Shown here: positions 1 through 9,019 of the stretch, one piece after another
Numbering within the stretch: the stretch's first letter is position 1
Layout of the letters: each line of letters starts with the position of its first letter
The notes under the pieces: model-generated
Told to the model about the DNA's origin: nothing
The model's database searches: none
What the model saw: only the letters and a program-made list of their open reading frames with translations
Origin: Trichinella spiralis
Lineage: Eukaryota
Reading direction: 5' to 3'
Assembly: GCF_000181795.1 (NCBI RefSeq)
Contig: NW_003526941.1
Location: 1,591,469 to 1,655,468 of the forward strand
Length of the DNA stretch: 64,000 bases
Program-made: the position numbers and the translations under genes

Positions 1-2073
1 AACTTTTTTCAATTTATTCGAATGGACCGAAAAGAAAGCGAAAATCCAGTTGCCAAACAAGGGAAATATGAAAACAAGAGTGCAAAATGTGAATGATACC
101 TCATTATAATGGCGATAAAGTCTCTATGCAAAATTTCAACCCCCCTTGTTCCATTTCAAGGGAGTTCCAGTATGGCGGCTTTCCTGTGTATTAAGATATG
201 CACATGGTAACTTTAGAGGCCATTTATTCGACACGTACGGGTTTATTTGCCGTAGAACTTTCCAGAACCTTCTAATTTATTAGAATTTAGCCATATATAG
301 CAAAAAAAGCGAAATTTGTGTCAAAAGCCTACCTTCGAAAATCGCAAAAACAGCAAAGGCTATAGCCTTGCTTTTTTGAAAAGTCGAAAATTTTAAGTTG
401 TTGAGAAAATGATTTCAATTGATCAGAAAAAATAAATTAATCACTACAAACCTGGTCGCACGTTGTATAAATGCGTATTTGCCGAGATATTGCAAAAAAG
501 TTGGATGATACTGCGATTTTAGTGGGAGCAACGGAAAACGAAATGAAAGCTGCGCTTTTGATAATAAGGATTGGAATTACGTTTCATTATAATTTATGTA
601 TAGTTTTCATCTTATAACCTCCAAGAAATGTTGCTAGTACTAATAGCATTTGTACCTGAAATTCATTTTTGTAGTACAGAAACCCTTTAAATTCTAAATT
701 TTTCTTTAGGCAATTTAATTGATTAAATGTGATTCAGAAATGGGAATAATTCAAGATGAAACGTTTTGTTTATAGTTTTCATGCAATCTTGCTTTTTTTG
801 CCTCTATAAATGACGCTTTTTCTAACGCGCAATTTTGTCAAATATCTTATTATATAATGAATTGCATATTATTGATGGTTTCTGCAATTAATAACTGTCC
901 AATGCTGTTTCTATGAATATGGGATGAATTCAATAATATGTTGAATTTTCCCTGACGCACGCCTTTTGTTCTACGGACGTTATCTTTCGTTGACGTTGAT
1001 CACGCTATTCAAGCTTCACAGGAACAGATTGTAACTGATAACGCAAGCATTGCACGAAAAGCATTAACGGCACTGAATTCCATACTGTGCTCCTCAGTCA
1101 GCTCAACTCCACAATGTTACATCATTTTCTTGCATGCCACGACATTTGAAACGGCAATGATAATTGAAAATATTGAAGTATATCAAATATACGTTCTGTA
1201 CCGTCTTACCACTTTTATCCAGCTGCTCAGACTGAATTTGACATCCTTTGTTTGAACCATTACCATTTATTGGATTCCCCATTGTGACATATACCACCAA
1301 GTTTTCACGCAATTTCCAGATAACACAGGCAACTTTCAGATGAGAAAAAATGTTTATTATCACAAATTACTACAGATGTGAATACGACGAAGCACAACAC
1401 AATCTATTTATTGATCACAGAACTTCTTTCCTTATATGTTGGTATTCAGACTACAGTCACAGTACAAAGTAGTATTGCCTGGCCGCCGGTATCGGTCGTA
1501 TTCTTCCGCCGGACTATCTTTTTACGTTCGATATACCGGTAATTGTAATCGATAAATTTATTCTTGCACTATACCATTTTCCCCTAAGGATAAAATGCGT
1601 CCAGCTTTTACTCATCACGGATGACGAAATCTGACAGCCTTTGTGTTATCCGCTTTTATCTGTGTGAATTCCGTGCGAAATTGTTTGCTAAAAAATTAAG
1701 CAATGTTGATCTTTTTGAAAATGCACAGTGCCGTGGCCACTTGCTTCATCCAGCTGGTCATCAGCCTCATTATCATCTTTGTCATTGCCATTACAATTTG
1801 TCCCATCAAACAAAAATAAACTTCTGCTGTACTGCTCTGCTCTGAATGCGGTCTGTTTTCTCTTGTTTTTGTTCTTGAATAACACGCTCGAAGTAATTTC
1901 AGTAATTTTACGGCATAGCACTGTCGTTGAAAGGAAATCATTCGAGCATCTGTATCGGTAGTTCCCTGGTCACATGCGAAACACTTGTGCCCGTAAACAT
2001 GGCAAGAGGAAACTGATTTGAATAACACACATCACGTCTGAAGGAACGTTGTATCCATCGTATCCGGTAAAAA

Positions 2074-2414
2074 TTATTCGAATTCCAACACTGGTATGCC
2101 GCTTCTGAACTCGTCAGGAAATATAATCTGAAAAGGAAACAAAATTGAAATAAAATAAAAAAATAGTTTCAAGATAAATTTATCACACCTTACCCACAAG
2201 CTATTCAACATAATACTGACATTTCTGCATGATGGCTGCAACAATATATTGATATATAGTCAATCAAGTCGATGAACAATTCTTGGCACGTACATTATTG
2301 CCTACTATTATACTGAAAAAATTTGTGAAATTGCTAAGAATATGACAAGCGCTGATCTGCTCGGCGGGGAAAGAAAGAGAGTATAACTGACCGCCGCACA
2401 GTCGAAAGCTGCAT
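2074..2414 (-). other. Putative spliced small ORF or non-coding transcript (4 exons, ~45 aa, unknown function)
   Basis: Three canonical short introns (GTCAGT..TTTCAG, GTACGT..TTGCAG, GTAAGG..TTTCAG) join exons 2414-2392, 2312-2294, 2235-2194 and 2127-2074 in phase to give MQLSTVRRIIVGNNPSCRNVSIMLNSLWIIFPDEFRSGIPVLEFE*. I recognise no homology. Confidence 0.3.
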
Positions 2415-2523
2415 AGAAGAATGGCGAAAAGAGAGTGGATCCCGAAATTAATTTGCGTTTTTGGCCCGTTAATTCTGTGAGCCTTGTCCGTCAAAAAATC
2501 GCCATCAATAACATCACGTATAG

Positions 2524-2529
2524 TTTATT
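2524..2529 (-). terminator. Polyadenylation signal AATAAA downstream of ATG12, probably shared with the ssSPT-like ORF
   Basis: + strand TTTATT ~170 nt past the ATG12 stop. I saw no AATAAA between the ssSPT stop and the ATG12 stop. Confidence 0.5.
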
Positions 2530-2695
2530 ATCAATTTTCATCAATTAAAAACGAATACTCCCAAACAATGAATAAACACAAGGAAAGAAAATTGCATGAT
2601 TCATGATATTTCTGATAATGGCGAAAATGAAAAATGCTTTCAATTAGATTATTACTAGATTCAATTAATGAAAATTAATTCAAAGGGAAAAATAC

Positions 2696-3079
2696 CTATC
2701 CCCACGCTTCCACCAGACTGTAATGTATTACCAGTTTTCCAGATGATCCAAAACATTCATAAACATTTTCTAATGTATAATCATTTGATGGGCAAAACGC
2801 TTGAGAGACGAACAGAAACAACGAATCTTTGTCTTCTAATTTCAAATATCTTCGAATAAATAAATTCACCCAACCAAGTGTTCGACCCTTCAAAACTTCC
2901 CATTTACGTTGCTTCATGATCGGAGCATCGCCAACAGGCTTCAAAATGATTTCTATTTTGTCAGGACAAGCCAACTGCTCGTCGGAAGAGGGTACATGGG
3001 CATTGGGAATGATGATCTCCTCTTCTATCATTTTTTCGCATCCAAACCAAGTATCGACAACTGTTGATATATACTTCAT
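2696..3079 (-). CDS. ATG12: Ubiquitin-like autophagy protein ATG12 (single coding exon; start at ATG 3079 or ATG 3031)
   Basis: KIEIILKPVGDAPIMKQRKW...SLFLFVSQAFCPS...VYECFGSSGKLVIHYSLVEAWG matches the ATG12 signature (LKxVGDxPIMK, LFxYVNQxFxPS, C-terminal AWG glycine). ATG 3031 has an AAAAAATG context. Confidence 0.95.
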   Translation of the reverse strand: MKYISTVVDTWFGCEKMIEEEIIIPNAHVPSSDEQLACPDKIEIILKPVGDAPIMKQRKWEVLKGRTLGWVNLFIRRYLKLEDKDSLFLFVSQAFCPSNDYTLENVYECFGSSGKLVIHYSLVEAWG

Positions 3080-3374
3080 AAATATTGCAACAAGCTTTCA
3101 GTAAGCTTAAAAATGGAATAAGTAGAAAAGAGAAAAATTGAGAAAAACAATGTATTATATAAGTATTTTTCCCAATTTTCCAACATATAAATCGAGGTCA
3201 GCAATGAGTACTCCAAATAGCACCAGCTGATGAAGTTCCACAATTTTCTTAAAGGACCCAGTTGTACACTTTCTGAAAAAAAAAAATTATAAATTAAATA
3301 ATGAACTGAAAGTTTAAATGTTATAAGTAAGTGAGCAAGTAAGTAAACGCTAAAACTACACGGCTGCTGTTCAT
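3076..3374 (-). CDS. Serine palmitoyltransferase small subunit (SPTSSA/B, ssSPT)-like protein, ~69 aa
   Basis: Last exon 3272-3076 (after a TTTTTTTCAG acceptor) encodes LRKLWNFISWCYLEYSLLTSIYMLENWEKYLYNTLFFSIFLFSTYSIF. From memory this aligns with SPTSSA LARAWKQMSWFYYQYLLVTALYMLEPWERTVFNSML. A proposed mini-exon 3374-3362 (MNSS, phase 1, weak GTGTAG donor) supplies the ATG; the 5' end is uncertain. Confidence 0.82.
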
Positions 3375-4054
3375 TCCACGCCTGAAAATACAAATTGAAA
3401 ACACTCATCATATATAATTTTCATTATACATTCGAAAACTTTAAAAAAACTATCGAAATTACCAGTGATAAATAACAATACTGATGAACTAAAATGCAAC
3501 TATTTAATAAACACATGTGCTAGTAGAATACTGTATTAATAAGCGAATGCAAGCATTAATAATAAAAAACTAGAGAAAATAATTGAAAAGTATGGAAAAT
3601 TGATAGATCGTTGGACAAAATCATAACTGTAGAAAATTAAAAAATAATATACATTATAAACATTTCTTTAGATTAAAATTTTATTAGTTTTCAATTTTTC
3701 TATTTAAAAATGAAAATTACAAACAGAGCGCATACGAAGCGCAGTTCAACTATTGCATCTTCACTGCTCAAAAACGTGGAATAAATAAAAAGAAAAAAAA
3801 AGAGTACGCCATAATGTTGACTGTTTTTCTTTTTTACTCTGTCACTAGAGTGCAGGTCCTGGCTTTCAATAGGCTTCTCCTTCGATTCGTCTTTGAACCG
3901 GTTCATTTACAATAGCCCCTTTGTTGTGCGTTCAACGAAAGGACACGCACAACAATTGGCCAATATTGACGTTACCGAGATGCGCGACCTGGGAAGTGAC
4001 CTCCACTGGGCATATAGCAAAAGTGCTGCTGCACAGCTCTCTGATCAGCCGCCG

Positions 4055-5756
4055 ATGACTAGTCATCGGCTAGTGGTTTTTTTCTTGTTCACTTGCAGCT
4101 GTCAAGAAACCATTGCATTCAATTTAACTGGTAAAATATACTTTTGCTTTTTCTTGTTTTTTATATTTAACTTCACTTATTTCATTTCCAGTGGTAGCAC
4201 AGTGTCGAGATGGAAATATGCAAATTCGTTTGTTGACGGTTGAACCATTTGTTGGCGTTGTGCACGCTTATGATCACGACGCCGACTGTTTTCTCGACGG
4301 AGACGAGAACGTCGAAACGGATTTCTCCATCGGCTTGACAGACTTTGATCGTTGCGGTATACAATACGACTGGGTAATTATCATTGAAAAATAAAATGAA
4401 ATGAAGTAAAATAAAGAAATTAATACAGTAAATCAACAATAAGCTCCCATGGCCATGCATGGGAATAAATAACTGAGCTGGAATAAACTTGCACTGTTGA
4501 ACAACAAACAGAATTTGATCTTCGCTTGTTTTGCATTTCAAGCGCAACGAACGATACTGGGTAGTTATTTTGGTGCGACGTCACAGAAAAATTTTGACAG
4601 ACGACGATAAGATGTACAACGTCAGCTGTACAATTGGCCATACTGGAAATGATGGTCATCATTCGTCGACAGTGAACATGACGTTCAAAGCGGCTCTGGT
4701 TGAAAGTGGTCAGCCAACACGACACGTCTACTTCGGTCATCCGTATAAGCTGAAAGTTTGGTCCGACCAACAGCAGAATGGTCATGAAAATGTTTGCTTT
4801 TTCACCAACTTTCACAATTCTGCTTTTCTTTTGCAGATGTCACATTTGCAGTACTGAAGTGTGCCGCTTTTGCAGGCGGCAATCGCAGTCTTACGTTGTA
4901 CGAGTAAGCAGTTTGAATATCACCAGAAATTGCACACAAATTATTGAACCACACACATACACACACACACTTGCAGAGCCGAGTCGGAAAACAATTTAAT
5001 ACATCCATTCACTTACGGTGAAAATGAAGCAGTGGCTGAACTGTCGTCCATGTTTCGCTTTCCTGGCCAATCGGCTGCACATTTACAATGTACAGTGGAA
5101 TTTGACCTGCAAAAAGACAAGGTTCAGATATTTTCTACTTTATTCATGATTGTTTAAGATTAAGTTTTCCTTTCTCTTTTTAATTGATGATGATCGAATT
5201 CAGATCAGTGTAGAAGTGTTGAAATTGTTCGCCAAAAAAATGACGAAACCTCTCCACACGCGTGCATTAGCATCGACAACAGTGGCTGTGCTGCCGGCCG
5301 ACCAGGCGCCGGGTAATTTTACTGAACTTCGTCGATCCAACTGTAGAAATCGTTCTTTTTGCAGAAATTATTGAAGAATTAAACTGTGACCGCTTTCAAG
5401 CTGTCCAGTTAGCACTGTGTGTTGTGCTGTGCTTGCTTTTGGCCACGGGATTGATAGCTGACTGGCGCATCGGTCGATGCAAGATCCACCAACAGAGCAG
5501 CAGCACGACAGTGAAGACGGACAACAGCAGCAGCAACAGTGGGAAAAAGTGGGAAAACAATCGCACACAGTCTCGAATTGCGCCGGTCATTTCGCTGATG
5601 CTTAACACGCCAGTGGCGGTCGACGTTCCCAAAGTGCCGGCTGACTGGAGAAAGCCGGCCGCTTCTTCAATGCTGGACACCGCCGAAGAGACGTTCGACA
5701 GCGGCTGCGACTGCTGCAGCATTTGCGACCCGCCGAAATTAACCATCAAAAGTTAA
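4055..5756 (+). CDS. ZP-domain (cuticlin-like) type I membrane protein, ~402 aa
   Basis: Exons 4055-4130, 4192-4373, 4543-4780, 4837-4903, 4977-5121, 5204-5312 and 5365-5756 sum to 1209 nt in frame. Signal peptide, ZP-N (VAQCRDGNMQIRLLTVEPFVGVVH...C...RCG...YNVSC), ZP-C (MFRFPGQSAAHLQCTV), TM helix and cytoplasmic tail. Confidence 0.8.
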
Positions 5757-5849
5757 GCAAATAAAAATATTTTACTTGTAATAAAATTTTTGAAAAATTG
5801 AAATAAAAGCAACAATGCAAGATAATGTGCAGAAGAACATCGCTGCGTG

Positions 5850-5932
5850 TCACAGTTCGTCGTGGGTTTCTTCTTCAAATGTTTTTGAATTTTCAATTCG
5901 TTCTGCCGAATATTTCTTATCATTCATAATTA
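5850..5932 (-). CDS. crld-1: Alternative terminal exon of CRELD encoding the ER-retention signal HDEL (soluble isoform, ~320 aa)
   Basis: Strong acceptor TTTTTTGTTCTTTCAG. A phase-1 join to exon 6529-6398 reads VIMNDKKYSAERIENSKTFEEETHDEL*. Confidence 0.85.
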
Positions 5933-5977
5933 CTGAAAGAACAAAAAAAATAACAATAGAAATACACGTGTAATGTG

Positions 5978-5983
5978 TTTATT
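5978..5983 (-). terminator. Proximal poly(A) signal for the CRELD transmembrane isoform
   Basis: AATAAA (+ TTTATT) 74 nt after the TM-exon stop and upstream of the HDEL-exon acceptor. Confidence 0.55.
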
Positions 5984-6056
5984 GCAGTTAAATTAAAGAA
6001 ACGAAGTAAGTGAAAAAAATCCCGACTCCCATCACACTAACCGTTGTTGATTAGAA

Positions 6057-8022
6057 TTAAAGTGCTTGATCGCCTAGAAAAATGGCGTTAAGCATGCGAA
6101 CAGCATGGCCAGCTTCGATCAGAGCGATGATTACGAGCGAACATGTGAACAGCACAATTAGCGGGGTTTTGGGCCTGAGCAAGATGAGAAGAAAAGAAAG
6201 GAGCAGACCGAAATAGGATGCATATCGAAGCACCTGCTGGGCGAGCAGACCAAAGAATACAGGCTTAGGTCTTGGCACTATAAACGCGCTCAGTGGCTAA
6301 ATTTGTGAGCGGAAAAAATCAACCGAAACTAGCATACTAGTCAATGCGCATCACTGTTCCAATAAAAAAAGCATGCAAAATATCAATCTAAACTTACCAT
6401 CCGGATCAGGAATGCAAACACCGTCTTCACGCCTGAACGCTTCTGCGCAGACACATTTATAACTGCCAGGAGTATTTTCGCATTTTTCAAATTGATCAGT
6501 GCACGGTGAGCTTTCACATTCGTCAATATCTGTTTTACAAATACAAAAACAAAAAAGACTTATATTTCAAATGATGCTTCGAAAATCATTTTTTACTTGA
6601 ATATCATTAAATACAGTAATAACGAATTACAGTTCTTGTAATGTAAAAAAAGTAGAAACAAAGAAAGGAAAAAGCGTACATTCATTTAAACTGATATATG
6701 GTGTAAATACTTACAAATAAATACAGCGAAACTTAGACTGAAAAACTTCTCAGCAAACCAAAAATTTTAATAAAATACCAAAAGAGAAAATTTCAATGCG
6801 ATTAATGAAAGGAAAAAAATAAAAGTTCAATCAAACAGGTTTTCAAATTATTATAATCGACTTGTATGGAACAAGAAAGAATCATCAAGCAATCAATCTA
6901 AAGCTAAAATATTACCCTTGCAACCGGTATCTTCATCCATAATCCAACCAACGCGGCATGAGTTACATTCTTTCGGACCTTCTCCACTGCATCCGCCTTT
7001 GCAAGATTCGTGGCATGCTGTACAGCAAATGTTAAACAATGTCACAGCACACTTCAATCTTACGTTGACACAGAATATACGTTTCGTTGGAATGGACTTT
7101 GAAAAAATTACTGTCACAATGTCTGCACAATTTTCCCTGATATCCCCGGTGACATTTACATTTTCCCGATCCAAAACGGCTTCCACTGCCCTGAAATTGG
7201 CTTTGATTTTTTATTTTCAACGGTTTTTTAACATACAGTATTGTTCATCACCTCACAAATGCCATTTCCAAAACATGGCCGCTTTGGATCGCCAGGGCAT
7301 GGCGCACAGGAAGCACCGAACGTATTGTCTGGACAACATACTGCGATAATATATTTGTTCAAAGTTAAAAACAAATAATGTCAGCACATTTCTTCCAAAC
7401 AAATACCTTTGACAGTTTTTATGCAGAACCAATCAAAAAGATCTGGATATTTTTTTTGATTATGGTAATACCAAGTTTCTAAAGTTTCTTCATGTTCTTC
7501 TGCCATTGCATGACACTGGAAAAGAAAGTGTTTGTAAAAAGTAATATCACTCTGCAAGTAGTATTCTTTAACCTTTGATTCCAAATTCTTGATCTTCGAC
7601 TCTTCTTTTACATCTTTGCTCTTTTTTGAACATATCAACTCCATAATTTCGATAAATCGTGTCTCGCTAATATACAAATAAAATACATCTCTAACAGCTT
7701 TTTCAGCGTGTATATTCAATATATACCTGGTAGAGTATTTGCCCAAATTTTCATTTTCCCATGCCGTATTTCCTCCTTCAAAATGTGACTTGTTTGTGTC
7801 GTTAAAACCCTGAACCAAAAAAAAAGATTATACAATATTTTCTGATTTATTGCAGCACTGCTGGCTGTGTGGATGTACTTTTTCAAAGCTGCGCGCCAAA
7901 AAGCGGCATGTATCACAACGATCACCATGTGGCACGTCGGCTAAACATGAAAACCAAAAAATTTGTCTTGAAAACAGTAAACAGACTAGCACGGCTAGCC
8001 AGGTCGACCACCAGCAGCACAT
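6057..8022 (-). CDS. crld-1: Cysteine-rich with EGF-like domains protein (CRELD), transmembrane isoform ~366 aa
   Basis: Exons 8022-7879, 7809-7727, 7666-7573, 7515-7407, 7340-7252, 7190-7064, 7017-6916, 6529-6398 and 6277-6057 (1101 nt). Signal peptide, CDTC (CXXC), WE/DUF3456 domain (FEGGNTAWE...YSTSETRFIEIME), EGF/furin-like repeats, Ca-EGF (DIDEC) and two C-terminal TM segments. Confidence 0.92.
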
Positions 8023-9019
8023 CGATCGGACAACAACAAGCGAGACGGTTCTGCTGATGTCGGTTTGTTGTCAAAATTGTTTTGTTGGTTCGAATCCGAC
8101 GCCACGAGAAAGAGACACGTTGCAAAAGATTATTCGCTGAGATCGTGTTTGCAAAGTAAACCCAAGCTGAAAAATTTATTTACTCTAATTCAGCCATGGC
8201 AATACGGCATAATTAGATCGCTATACAGTGGCGAAAAAAATCAAGTTTATTTTCTCTTTCTTATGCAATGAATAATGATTACATAACTTTCCTTTTTTGC
8301 AAAACATGAATATATATGAACAAAATCTCCAATATATATAATGGATAATATTTTTCCTAAAACATACACAACCCTAATAATACAAATTTCATTGCATATT
8401 AATATTTCAAGAATGTAAAGTTCAAGTTTTCATTTCTGTGCCATTTTCACTGCAATTTGAATGTTTATGTTGTATAATTATTAAAATAAACATTTAATTT
8501 AATATTTCAATTGCTTTTACGCGTCGAAATTGTAAATGCAAAAGTATTTACTTCCATTCCACCTGAGCATTCGAACAAATAAGAGAATAACATCAAATCA
8601 GTCTGCAATTTTCTTTTAAAAATCAAATTTTAAATTAAACAAGAACGACTGACAGTTAGCAAAAACAAACTGAACAATTAAACAACATTACAGACCCAAC
8701 GTTCATGCCCACATCATACAGAATAACATGACATACTGTAATCGGAAAATAACGCGTAGGTATAAATACTGTAAAATGATATAACAAATACAAATAGAAC
8801 AAAATTAATATAATTTAATTTGCAGAAACAAAAACATGCCAACATATTGAACTTAAAGTTTCAACTAAATACTGCGCTTTCAATTTAACTTACATTACAC
8901 CATAAAGCAATTGCGAAGTTTCACATCATGGCAATTGCAAAATCCACAAGATTTACATTTCAAAAATATACAAATGATTACATTTTTTATAAAAAAATCG
9001 AAATTTGAATCAGTTTCAT

